Positions 22,552 to 31,441 of a stretch of DNA of 64,000 nucleotides are shown here, piece by piece. The DNA lies in the NCBI GenBank assembly GCA_034520945.1, contig JAXHNB010000005.1:448001-512000 (forward strand), in the 5' to 3' direction. Under the pieces are notes generated by a model that was given only the letters and a program-made list of their open reading frames with translations, searched no databases and was not told the origin of the DNA. The position numbers and the translations under genes were made by a program. Position 1 is the stretch's first letter. Every line of letters begins with the position of its first letter. The stretch comes from Trueperaceae bacterium (lineage in GTDB: Bacteria > Deinococcota > Deinococci > Deinococcales > Trueperaceae).

Positions 22552-23553
22552 TCATGCCAGGTCGTGGCGGCCGAGCTCCCGTTCGATCGCCGCGACCAAC
22601 TGGGCTTCGGCCGCCGCCAGGTCCGGGCCTGAGAACTTGGCACCGGCGGCGGCCACGTGGCCGCCGCCGCCCAGCTCCATGCAGATGGCCTGCGCGGAGA
22701 CGGGCGCGCGGGCCCGCACGCTCACCTTGACGGCGTCCTCCTTCTGCTTCAGCAGCGCCGCGACGTAGGCGCCCTCGGCGTACCGGATCAGGCCGACGAA
22801 GTCGTCGCCGTCGTCGACGGCGCCGAGGCCCTCCTTCATCGACTCGGTGAGGTGCGCCAGGGCCGCGCGACCGTGCAGCGGAAAGCGCACCGTCCCCATC
22901 ACCGCGGCCAACAACCGGAAGTAGCCCTGCGGGCGCCACTGCAACCGGTCGGCCAGGGCGGGGTAGTCCACGCCGTGCTCGATCAGCTCGCCGGCCGCGC
23001 TCAGCACCGCCCGGTCGGTGTTCGCGAATCGGAACGTGCCCGTGTCGGTGAGGATGCCCGTCAGGCAGGGCGTCGCCATCGGCTCCGTCCACGCGACGGG
23101 CAGGGCGTCGATCACGTCCTTCACGATCAGCGCGGTGGCCGCGGCGCGGGGCTCGACCAGCGCCAGGTCGCCGAAGCGTTCGTTGGTGCCGTGGTGGTCC
23201 AGGTTCACCGTGAACGCCGCCTGCTCCAGCGGCGCGCCCCAGGCGCGGTGACGATCGGCGACGTCCAGCACGCACGCCAACGTGCCCTGCGGCAGCGCGT
23301 CCAGGGCGCCGCGGGTCTCGCCTGGCTGGGTCAAGAACGTCAGGTAGGCGGGCGGCTCGATCGCCAGCACGGTCTGTTTGCCCAAGGCGTCCAGCGCGCG
23401 CTTCATGGCCAGGGTGCTGCCCAGCGCGTCGCCGTCCGGATCGACGTGGGCGATCAGGACCACCGGACCGTCCCAACCCGCCAACGTGGTGGCCACGTCG
23501 GCGATCTTGCCGCCGTAGTCCCGCTCGCCTGAATTGTCGACCGCGTGTTCCAT
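22552..23553 (-). CDS. nrnA: DHH/DHHA1 phosphoesterase (NrnA-like nanoRNase/pAp phosphatase)
   Basis: HVDPDGDALGS, NLDHH, TDTGTF, GGGHVAAAG. Confidence 0.88.
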   Translation of the reverse strand: MEHAVDNSGERDYGGKIADVATTLAGWDGPVVLIAHVDPDGDALGSTLAMKRALDALGKQTVLAIEPPAYLTFLTQPGETRGALDALPQGTLACVLDVADRHRAWGAPLEQAAFTVNLDHHGTNERFGDLALVEPRAAATALIVKDVIDALPVAWTEPMATPCLTGILTDTGTFRFANTDRAVLSAAGELIEHGVDYPALADRLQWRPQGYFRLLAAVMGTVRFPLHGRAALAHLTESMKEGLGAVDDGDDFVGLIRYAEGAYVAALLKQKEDAVKVSVRARAPVSAQAICMELGGGGHVAAAGAKFSGPDLAAAEAQLVAAIERELGRHDLA

Positions 23554-23648
23554 GCGCGAGATGATACCTGCCGCCTCCGCTTGCCGCCGCACGCGGCCGT
23601 GCGATGCAGCGCACGGACGTGGGCGCCTCGTCGTCGCATACTACGGGC

Positions 23649-24956
23649 ATGGACGACGAGCGAGGAACGCCGCGAGACCCTTCCCGCCCACTGGACGGGG
23701 ACCGGCCCGACGCGGAGTCGGCGTACCCGGTGCCCGCGCCGGTGGAGGAGCCCCCGCGACGGAGGGGCGTTCGGGGGGTCACGGTGGCGCTCATGGCGCT
23801 GCTGCTGCTGGTGGCCACGGTGGTGCCGCGCATGGTGCCCGAGCCCGCGCCGCAGCAGGCCCAGGTTCAGGCGTCGCCGCCCGCGCCGGTGGCGCCCGAA
23901 GGGGCGCTCGCCAAGGCGTACGAATTGGCCCGTCCCGCCACCGTGCGGGTCGAGGCCCGCTGCGCCGGGATGTTCCGCGGCGGTCCGATCGGGGTGGGGA
24001 CGGGGTTCTTCGTCTCGCCCGAGGGGGATCTGCTCACCGCGTACCACGTGATCGACGCCAGCGGCGTGGACGCGTGCCCGGTGCAGCACGTCGCCGTCAC
24101 CGAGGACGGGCGCGAGCTGAACCTCACCTTGACCGGGTTCGACGCCTACTTCGACGTGGCCTGGATGCAGGCCGCCACCGAAGGCGAGGTGCCCTACCTG
24201 ACGCTGGCGGGCGACACGCCGCGGGCCGGCACCGAGGTGGTGGCGATCGGCAACAGCCGCGGCGACTTCCTGGCGCCGCGCGCGGGTCGCATCACCCGCC
24301 TCGGCGTGCAGGCCGGCCGGGCCAACTTCGCCAGCGACACCATCGAGCTGACCGCCGCCGTGGCGCCGGGCGACTCCGGCGGTCCGGTCGTCGACGCGGC
24401 CGGTCGCGCCGTGGGCGTCGTCAGCTACATCAGCTTCGCGCCGGGCTCGTTGGACACCGAACGCTACGTGCCGCCGTTCCTCCGCGGCCTGAACCTGCCC
24501 GGCTCGTTCGCGTCGTACGCCGTGCCCGTACGCGCGAACGGGGAGCTGGTGCGGGCGCTCCGCGCCGGCGAGCAGCGCGACGTGCCCGTGATCGGGTTCT
24601 CGTGGCGGCCAGGGTTCGACTACGCCCCGGAGCGCAGCGACTGGTCGTTCGGCCCCCGGCCCGGCCCGGTGGTGGTCTCCGTCGCGCCCGGCGGGCCCGC
24701 CGACGAGGCCGGCCTGCGGTCGTACCGTGAGGAGCCGATCCGCGACAGTGAAGGTCGCGTGATCGAGGTCGAGCGAAGCGGGGACGTGATCACCGCCGTC
24801 GACGGCGAGCCGACCCCCACCTTCGATGCGCTCCTGTCGGTGGTGCGCGCCAAGCGCATCGGCGAGAGCGTGACGCTGAGCGTCCAGCGCGGCCGGGCGA
24901 CGCTGCGCCTGGAGTTGACGCTGGGCGCGCGGCGGGACGTGTTCGCCGGCCCGTGA
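23649..24956 (+). CDS. Membrane-anchored S1C (HtrA-like) serine protease with PDZ domain
   Basis: N-terminal TM helix, GTGFF, LTAYHVI, PGDSGGP, GDVITAVDG. Confidence 0.9.
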   Translation: MDDERGTPRDPSRPLDGDRPDAESAYPVPAPVEEPPRRRGVRGVTVALMALLLLVATVVPRMVPEPAPQQAQVQASPPAPVAPEGALAKAYELARPATVRVEARCAGMFRGGPIGVGTGFFVSPEGDLLTAYHVIDASGVDACPVQHVAVTEDGRELNLTLTGFDAYFDVAWMQAATEGEVPYLTLAGDTPRAGTEVVAIGNSRGDFLAPRAGRITRLGVQAGRANFASDTIELTAAVAPGDSGGPVVDAAGRAVGVVSYISFAPGSLDTERYVPPFLRGLNLPGSFASYAVPVRANGELVRALRAGEQRDVPVIGFSWRPGFDYAPERSDWSFGPRPGPVVVSVAPGGPADEAGLRSYREEPIRDSEGRVIEVERSGDVITAVDGEPTPTFDALLSVVRAKRIGESVTLSVQRGRATLRLELTLGARRDVFAGP

Positions 24957-25058
24957 GGGCCGGCCGGTCGGGCTTCTGCAGGCAGGCACCGGACCTTCGA
25001 CGACCAAAACGACGTCCGCCCCGGACACCCCGGGGCGGACGCGCGTGCAGCGTCTGCG

Positions 25059-25135
25059 TGGTGGGCGATGGTGGACTCGAACCACCGACCTCGTCGTTAT
25101 CAGCGACGCGCTCTAACCGACTGAGCTAATCGCCC
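25059..25135 (-). tRNA. tRNA-Ile (anticodon GAT), encoded CCA
   Basis: Reverse complement GGGCGATTAGCTCAGTCGGTTAGAGCG-CGTCG-CTGATAA-CGACG-AGGTCGGTGGTTCGAGTCCACCATCGCCCACCA folds as a 77-nt cloverleaf. Confidence 0.97.
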
Positions 25136-25244
25136 GTGCAGCGCCGAAGAGCGTATCACCCGGCCCCACGGCGGTCAACTGGCGGGGCGGCTGCCCGCCG
25201 GCCCGCCTACGCCGGAGGGCGGGCGGCGCGTGTACCATTTCGGC

Positions 25245-26270
25245 ATGGTCCGTACCGTTCGACTCGCCAAGCCTCGGGGGTTCTGCGCCGGCGTGGTGAT
25301 GGCCATCGACGCCGTGGAGGAGGCCGCCCGCCACAATCGCGAGAACGGCCGGGGCGCGCTGCCGGTCTACCACTCCATCGTGCACAACGACACCGTCGTG
25401 TCGCGGCTCGAAGAACGGCACGGCGTCCACTTCGTGGAGGACCTGGACGACCTCGAGTCCGTGCGGGCCCGGACCGAGGCGAAGGGGGGCACGCTGGACG
25501 ACACGGTGGTGTTCAGCGCGCACGGCGTGTCGCCGGCGGTCCGGCAGCAGGCGCGCGATCTTGGCCTGTCCACCATCGACGCGACCTGCCCCTTGGTGAC
25601 GAAGGTGCACACCGAGGCCGGGCGCTACGCGCGCGAGGGGTACGACATCCTGCTGATCGGCGACTCCATCCGCCACCAGGAGGTCATCGGCACCCGGGGC
25701 GAGGCGCCCGAGGCCACCACGGTCGTCGCCGTCGTCGGCCAGGAGGGCGCCGATCCGTCCTTGGCGGATCCGCGGACGGTCCAGGTTCGCGATCCCGACC
25801 GTGTGGCGGTGTTGACGCAGACCACACTGTCGGTGGACGACACCATGCGAACCATCGCCCTGTTGCGCGAGCGCTTCGAGAACCTGGTGGTGCCCGCCCG
25901 TGACGACCTGTGCTACGCCACCAAGAACCGGCAGGACGCGGTCCGCACCATCGCAAACTCCGTCGACGCGTTCGTGATCGTGTCCAGCACCGAGAGCAGC
26001 AACGGCATGCGCCTCACCGAGTTGGCGCAGCGCCTGAGCGGCCGCGCGATCCGGGTGGCGGACGCCAGCGAGCTGGACCCCGCCTGGTTCGACGAGGTGA
26101 GCACGGTCGGGGTGTCGTCGGCGGCGTCCACCCCCGACGACCTGGTCCAGGACGTCGTCGCCTGGTTCCGCGCCCGCAATCCCGACCTCGAGTTGGTGGA
26201 GGAGGGGGCGTGGGAGGACATCGCCTTCCGCAAGCCAAAGCGCGTGCCGCCGGAGGGCACGACGCCGTGA
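25245..26270 (+). CDS. ispH: 4-hydroxy-3-methylbut-2-enyl diphosphate reductase
   Basis: [41 protein letters not shown]. Confidence 0.97.
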   Translation: MVRTVRLAKPRGFCAGVVMAIDAVEEAARHNRENGRGALPVYHSIVHNDTVVSRLEERHGVHFVEDLDDLESVRARTEAKGGTLDDTVVFSAHGVSPAVRQQARDLGLSTIDATCPLVTKVHTEAGRYAREGYDILLIGDSIRHQEVIGTRGEAPEATTVVAVVGQEGADPSLADPRTVQVRDPDRVAVLTQTTLSVDDTMRTIALLRERFENLVVPARDDLCYATKNRQDAVRTIANSVDAFVIVSSTESSNGMRLTELAQRLSGRAIRVADASELDPAWFDEVSTVGVSSAASTPDDLVQDVVAWFRARNPDLELVEEGAWEDIAFRKPKRVPPEGTTP

Positions 26271-27412
26271 GCACGGCGGCCCCCTCCGGGCGCCGCGCGG
26301 GCAGCCCCCGCTTGTCGGTCGCGCCGATGATGGGGTGGACCGACCGGGCGTATCGCCGCATGATGCGCCGCATCACGCGCCGGACGCTGCTGTACACCGA
26401 AATGATCACCACGGGGGCGTTGTTGCACGGCGACGCCGAGCGGTTCCTGGCGCATCACCCCGAAGAGCGGCCGTTGGCGCTGCAACTCGGCGGCGACGAC
26501 CCAGGCGCGCTGGCGGCGTGCGCCAGGCTGGCGCAGTCCGCCGGCTTCACCGAGGTGAACCTCAACGTCGGCTGCCCCTCGGACCGCGTCCAGGAGGGAC
26601 GCTTCGGGGCGTGCCTGATGGCGGAGCCGGCGCGCGTGGCGGACTGCGTCGCCGCCATGCGCGAGGCCAGCGATGTCGCCGTCACCGTCAAGCACCGCAT
26701 CGGGATCGACGACCTGGACGCGTACGAGGACATGCGGCGCTTCGTGGACGTGGTGGCGGCGGCGGGCGCGGACCGCTTCACGGTGCACGCGCGCAAGGCG
26801 TGGCTGCGGGGCCTAAGCCCCAAGCAGAACCGGACGGTTCCGCCGCTGCGGTACGACGACGTCCGTCGTTTGGCCGCCGAGCGGCCCGACGAGGTGATCG
26901 AGCTCAACGGCGGGGTCCGCGACCTGGACACCGTCCTGGCCGAGCTGCGTCATGTCCCCTCCGTGATGGTGGGGCGGGCGGCGTTCGAGGCGCCGATGCG
27001 CTGGGCGGAGGCGGACGTCCGCGTGTTCGGCGAGCCGGGCCCCGCCCCGAGCCTGCGCCAGGTCGTGGACGCCATGCACGAGGTGATCGAGGACGGCCTG
27101 GCGCGCGGGGTGCGTCTGGCCACCATGGTGAAGCCGCTCATCCCGCTGGTGCGAGGCGTGCCCGGCGCGCGCGCCTGGCGCCGCACGCTCACCGAGGAGG
27201 GCGTGCGTCCCGCGGCCGGGCCGGAGGTGCTGCAGGCCGCCGCGCGACACCTGCCCGGCCACGTCTTGAACGCACCCGGCGGTCCGGACGCGGTTCAGGG
27301 GGCGTCCGGCACCGTCTCCAGCCGCACCGCGCAGCCGGTCCGGACGCCCCACCGGGAGGCGGCGTCGCCGTCACGCAGGCCGATCTCTAGCGTTCCGAGC
27401 GACCCCAGGTAG
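26267..27412 (+). CDS. dusA: tRNA dihydrouridine synthase DusA
   Basis: [43 protein letters not shown]. Confidence 0.92.
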   Translation: MSTAAPSGRRAGSPRLSVAPMMGWTDRAYRRMMRRITRRTLLYTEMITTGALLHGDAERFLAHHPEERPLALQLGGDDPGALAACARLAQSAGFTEVNLNVGCPSDRVQEGRFGACLMAEPARVADCVAAMREASDVAVTVKHRIGIDDLDAYEDMRRFVDVVAAAGADRFTVHARKAWLRGLSPKQNRTVPPLRYDDVRRLAAERPDEVIELNGGVRDLDTVLAELRHVPSVMVGRAAFEAPMRWAEADVRVFGEPGPAPSLRQVVDAMHEVIEDGLARGVRLATMVKPLIPLVRGVPGARAWRRTLTEEGVRPAAGPEVLQAAARHLPGHVLNAPGGPDAVQGASGTVSSRTAQPVRTPHREAASPSRRPISSVPSDPR

Positions 27413-28164
27413 GCGACCGGCTGGCCTGCGCCCACCGCCGAGAACCCGTCGCTCAGCCCGTGCACGATGTGGCCTTCCACGTCGATGCGCACCGTCTCGG
27501 GCGCGCCGGGCATATGGCGCGGCCGCAGGTCGGTGACGAGGTTGCCGAACCGGTCGATCCACTGCACCGTGCCGCGCCAAGCGTCGCCCTCGCGGCGGGG
27601 CGGGTCGGGCGTGGGCGCGTGGAGCGCCTCCGGCGAGGTCGCCTCGCCCAGGGTGGCGGGATCGTCGCCTCGCGCCAGTCGTGCCGCGGCGGGGGCGAAC
27701 ACGTCGCGTCCGTCGAAGGTGGTGCCGGGTCCGTCGGGGCCGAGCCCCGACTTGGGCAAAACCCGGGCCGCCAGGGGGCGCCAGCCGGCGGGGTCGGTGG
27801 CGTCGTTCGGCGCCCCGCCGTCGCGGAGGTCGGGGGGACCGCGCAGGAGCGGGGCCAACAGGCCGTTGTCGGGGGCGACCGCCCACAGGCGCGCCCCGTC
27901 GGGCCGGCGGGCGCGCACCGCGACGGCGCGGCGCGCGCCGCCCACGCCGGGATCGACGACCGCGCACACCACGGCGCCGTCCGGGAGGTAGGGGAGGGCG
28001 GCGGCCAGCTGCCAGCGGGCGGCGCCGACGTCCTGGGGCGGAAGGTCGTGCACCAGGTCGTGGACGGGCGACGCCGGGGACAGGGTGGCGATGACGGCGC
28101 GCATGACCCCCACGAACGCGTCGCGCGTCCCGAAGTCGCTGAGCAGGAAGATGGGGGCGCTCAC
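27295..28164 (-). CDS. DUF62 SAM hydrolase / SAM-dependent halogenase-superfamily protein
   Basis: [54 protein letters not shown]. Confidence 0.9.
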   Translation of the reverse strand: MSAPIFLLSDFGTRDAFVGVMRAVIATLSPASPVHDLVHDLPPQDVGAARWQLAAALPYLPDGAVVCAVVDPGVGGARRAVAVRARRPDGARLWAVAPDNGLLAPLLRGPPDLRDGGAPNDATDPAGWRPLAARVLPKSGLGPDGPGTTFDGRDVFAPAAARLARGDDPATLGEATSPEALHAPTPDPPRREGDAWRGTVQWIDRFGNLVTDLRPRHMPGAPETVRIDVEGHIVHGLSDGFSAVGAGQPVAYLGSLGTLEIGLRDGDAASRWGVRTGCAVRLETVPDAP

Positions 28165-28202
28165 GGCGGCCGGTCGCCGGGTGCTCTGCTATGCTCGCGC
28201 GC

Positions 28203-28580
28203 ATGGAGCGATGGCTGCGAGGGATCCGCGGGGCGATCACGGTCGAGCGCGACGAGCCCGAACAGGTGCTGGCGGCGACGCGCGAGTTGCTTCGCGAGAT
28301 GCTCCGCGCCAACGAGGTGCGGGACTTCGACGAGATCGCGGCGATCTTCTTCACCACCACCCCCGACCTGGTCTCTACCTATCCGGCGGAGGCGGCGCGA
28401 AACGTCGGCATGGACATGGTGCCGTTGATCTGCAACCAGGAGATCCCGGTGGCGGGCCGTCTGCCGCGGGTGGTGCGCGTGATGATGCAGGTGAACACCA
28501 CGCGGGGGCAGCGCGAGATGCAGCACATCTACCTCCGCGACGCCGTGAAGCTACGCCCCGACCTGACCAGCGCCCAGTAG
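28203..28580 (+). CDS. aroH: Chorismate mutase, AroH class
   Basis: RGIRGAITV, FTTTPDL, YPAEAAR, HIYLRDAVKLRPDL. Confidence 0.93.
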   Translation: MERWLRGIRGAITVERDEPEQVLAATRELLREMLRANEVRDFDEIAAIFFTTTPDLVSTYPAEAARNVGMDMVPLICNQEIPVAGRLPRVVRVMMQVNTTRGQREMQHIYLRDAVKLRPDLTSAQ

Positions 28581-28610
28581 CGCCGCTGGGCCCCGACGCG
28601 CCCAGCGGCG
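28581..28610. terminator. GC-rich hairpin between convergent genes (no U-tract)
   Basis: CGCCGCTGGGC (28581-28591) pairs with GCCCAGCGGCG (28600-28610). Confidence 0.5.
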
Positions 28611-28648
28611 GCACCGAGGCGGGCGCGCCGTGCGCTGGGCCGCCGGGC

Positions 28649-28930
28649 TCACGACCACTCGGCCACCGGCACCAGGTCCCCGCCGTCCACCGTGGCCAAC
28701 GTGACCTTGTGGCTGCGGTTGGTGGTGACCTCCAGCACGGCCTGATCGAACGTTTCGGGTCCCACCAGCGTCTTGCGCACGAAGTACCCGCCGGACATGG
28801 CGCTCATCTCGCTGGTCTTGGAGAGACGCACCGCGATGATCTCACCGTGCTTCTCGGTGCGCACCCGCGCCAGCAGCGCGTCGCCGACGTCCTTGAAGCG
28901 GGGATCCTGGCGACGGAAGAGGCCGAACAT
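28649..28930 (-). CDS. Hypothetical protein (93 aa)
   Basis: ATG 6 nt after TAGGAT; genome-typical codons. Confidence 0.7.
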   Translation of the reverse strand: MFGLFRRQDPRFKDVGDALLARVRTEKHGEIIAVRLSKTSEMSAMSGGYFVRKTLVGPETFDQAVLEVTTNRSHKVTLATVDGGDLVPVAEWS

Positions 28931-29055
28931 GGGGGTATCCTATCCCAGCCGTGCGCGGCGGGGTCCGGCCGGGCCGCGCCTCCCGCACGCCCGAAAGGAG
29001 CATGCATGCCGCCTCCCTTCACCCCGCGCGCCCACGCCGGCGGGACGTCACGGCC

Positions 29056-30384
29056 GTGAGCGACGCGTGGTTCGCTGGTGACGACGCGCGTCGGGCGTTG
29101 CTGACCCGCGCGTTCGAGGCGGCGGTGGCGGCGTCCGATCCGGTGACGGTGCTCCAGGACGCCTGGCCGCCTCCGCCGGCGGGCACGGTGCGCGTGCTGG
29201 CGCTGGGCAAGGCCGCCGCCACAATGGCGGCCGCGGCCGAGGCGCACTACGGCGCGCGCGGGGTGCGCGTCGACGGGCTGGCCGTGGTGCCCTACGGGCA
29301 CGGTGCGCCGACCCGCTGGGTGGAGGTGCGGGAGGCCGGGCATCCCGAGCCGGACGCCGCGGGCGAGGCCGCGGGGCGTGCCCTGCTGCGCCGCGCCGAG
29401 GGGGCCGGCGCCCGCGATCTGGTGCTGGTGCTGGTCTCCGGCGGTGGGAGTGCGCTCACCACCGTGCCGGACGGCGTGGACGCGCAGGAATGGGCCGAGG
29501 CGCATCGGGCCCTGCTGGCGTCCGGCGCCGACGTGCGCGAGATCAACGCCGTGCGCCGGCGGCTGGACGGGGTCAAGGGCGGCCGCCTGGCCGTCGCCGC
29601 CCACCCCGCCGAGGTGGTGGCGCTGGTGGTGTCGGACGTGGTGGGGGACGACCCGCGGCACGTCGCCTCGGGTCCGACGGTGGCGGACGAGGCCGGTCCC
29701 GAGGCGGCGCTGGCGGTGCTGGATCGCTACCGGATCGACGCCCCTGGGGCGCGTCAGGCGTTGCAGGCCGAGCGGGCGGGGCGCCGTCCCGGGCCGCCCC
29801 GCCCCGGTGATCCTCGGCTGGCGCGATGTCGGACGAGGGTGGTGGCGTCGGCGGCCGGGGCGTTGACGGCGGCGGCCGCGACCTTCACCGACGCCGGCCT
29901 GGCGGCGCGGGTGGTGACGGCCGAGGTGACCGGCGACGCGCGCCGCGCCGGGCGGGTCCACGCCCGCTTGGCGCGCCGCACGTCCCGGCGCCTGCGCGGC
30001 GCCGAGCAGGGGTGCGTGCTGCTCAGCGGGGGCGAGACGACGGTGCGGGTGCGGGGCGCCGGGCGCGGCGGCCGGAACTCGACCTTCGCGCTGGCGCTGG
30101 CGCTGGCGCTGCGGGATGACCTGCCGGTATGGGCGCTGGCGGCGGACAGCGACGGGGTGGACGGTGTCGGCGGGCACGCGGGCGCGTTCGTACGCCCCGG
30201 CATGTTCGCGGGGACGGCGCGGGCACGGGCCGAGGCCGCCGACGCGCGCGACGATTCCTACGTCGCCTTCGAGCAGGTCGGCGCCCTGTTCCGGACCGGA
30301 CCGACCCGGACCAACGTGAACGACCTGCGCTTCGTGTGGGTCGATCCACCGCCCGCGGGCGACGGCCGGCGGGCGCGCGGCTGA
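29056..30384 (+). CDS. Glycerate 2-kinase (DUF4147 + MOFRL; TtuD/GckA type)
   Basis: ALGKAA, AGHPEPD, LVSGGGSAL, SDVVGDD, SGGETTV, GPTRTNVNDL. Confidence 0.9.
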   Translation: MSDAWFAGDDARRALLTRAFEAAVAASDPVTVLQDAWPPPPAGTVRVLALGKAAATMAAAAEAHYGARGVRVDGLAVVPYGHGAPTRWVEVREAGHPEPDAAGEAAGRALLRRAEGAGARDLVLVLVSGGGSALTTVPDGVDAQEWAEAHRALLASGADVREINAVRRRLDGVKGGRLAVAAHPAEVVALVVSDVVGDDPRHVASGPTVADEAGPEAALAVLDRYRIDAPGARQALQAERAGRRPGPPRPGDPRLARCRTRVVASAAGALTAAAATFTDAGLAARVVTAEVTGDARRAGRVHARLARRTSRRLRGAEQGCVLLSGGETTVRVRGAGRGGRNSTFALALALALRDDLPVWALAADSDGVDGVGGHAGAFVRPGMFAGTARARAEAADARDDSYVAFEQVGALFRTGPTRTNVNDLRFVWVDPPPAGDGRRARG

Positions 30385-31391
30385 TGGCCCACCTGCTGCC
30401 CACGGGCGAGGCGGGGATCGCCGAGGCGGCGGCGCGCCTGCGGGCCGGCCGGCTGGTGGCGTTTCCGACCGAGACCGTGTACGGGCTCGGGGCGCGCGCC
30501 AGTGATCCAGGCGCGGTCGCCGCCGTGTTTCGGGCCAAGGGACGGCCGGCGGAGCACCCGCTGATCGTGCACCTGGCACGCCCGGTGGAGGTCGACGACT
30601 GGGCCGATCCCGTCCCCTTCGGCGCGCGCGTGCTGGCGGAGCGCTTCTGGCCGGGACCGCTGACGCTGGTGCTGGCGCGCGCCGCCCACGTGCCGGACGT
30701 CATCACCGGCGGGCAGCCCACCATCGCGCTGCGGCTGCCGGCGCACCCGGTGGCGGCCGCGCTGCTGGCGCGCGTCGGCGGCGGTGTCGCCGCGCCGTCG
30801 GCCAACCGCTTCGGCCGCGTCAGCCCCACCCGCGCGGCGCACGTGCTGGACGAGTTCCCGGACGCCGACATCGGCGTGCTGGACGGCGGCGATTGCGAGG
30901 TGGGCCTGGAGTCGACGATCCTTGACCTCTCTGGCCCCCACCCGCGGGTGCTGCGGCCCGGGGCGGTGGACGCGGCGTCGCTGGCCGCGGCGCTGGGACG
31001 GTCCGTGCCCGTCGCCGGCGCGGCGTCCGACCGCCCGCGCGCCCCGGGCGGCCTGCCCAGCCACTACGCGCCCGGTACGCCGACGCGCCTGGGCGTGCCG
31101 GCCGAGCTCGGCCGCGCCGGCGCGGTGCCGCACGGCGCCGCGCTGCTGCTGCACCAGGCCGAGGCGCCCGCCGGCCACCGAGGGCCGGTGCGGCAGCTCC
31201 CGCCGGCGCCCGAGGGGTACGCGCGGGGCCTGTACGCCGCCCTGCGCGAGCTCGACGCCGCGGGGGCCGAGCTGTTGTGGGTGGAACGCCCCCCCGAGGG
31301 GTCCGCCTGGGCCGCCGTCCACGACCGGTTGCAGCGCGCGTGCGCCCCGGTGGGCCGCGACCGCCCGGGCCCGGAGGAGGAACGGGGGTAG
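30384..31391 (+). CDS. sua5: L-threonylcarbamoyladenylate synthase (Sua5/TsaC2)
   Basis: VAFPTETVYGLGA, KGRPAEHPLIVH, FWPGPLT, AAPSAN, GLESTI, SHYAP. Confidence 0.94.
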   Translation: MAHLLPTGEAGIAEAAARLRAGRLVAFPTETVYGLGARASDPGAVAAVFRAKGRPAEHPLIVHLARPVEVDDWADPVPFGARVLAERFWPGPLTLVLARAAHVPDVITGGQPTIALRLPAHPVAAALLARVGGGVAAPSANRFGRVSPTRAAHVLDEFPDADIGVLDGGDCEVGLESTILDLSGPHPRVLRPGAVDAASLAAALGRSVPVAGAASDRPRAPGGLPSHYAPGTPTRLGVPAELGRAGAVPHGAALLLHQAEAPAGHRGPVRQLPPAPEGYARGLYAALRELDAAGAELLWVERPPEGSAWAAVHDRLQRACAPVGRDRPGPEEERG

Positions 31392-31441
31392 CGGGCCGGG
31401 GTCGCCGGAGCGGCCCGCGACGCTGCGGTACCCTTTGCGCC

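Noticed and set aside
24957..25135. tRNA-Ile as an integration site for a mobile element
   Set aside because: No integrase, no duplicated tRNA 3' end seen, and flanking genes are housekeeping with normal composition
27295..28164. Calling the DUF62 gene a fluorinase or chlorinase
   Set aside because: It keeps the hydrolase-type DPGVG..R and GRD motifs and has no halometabolite cluster around it
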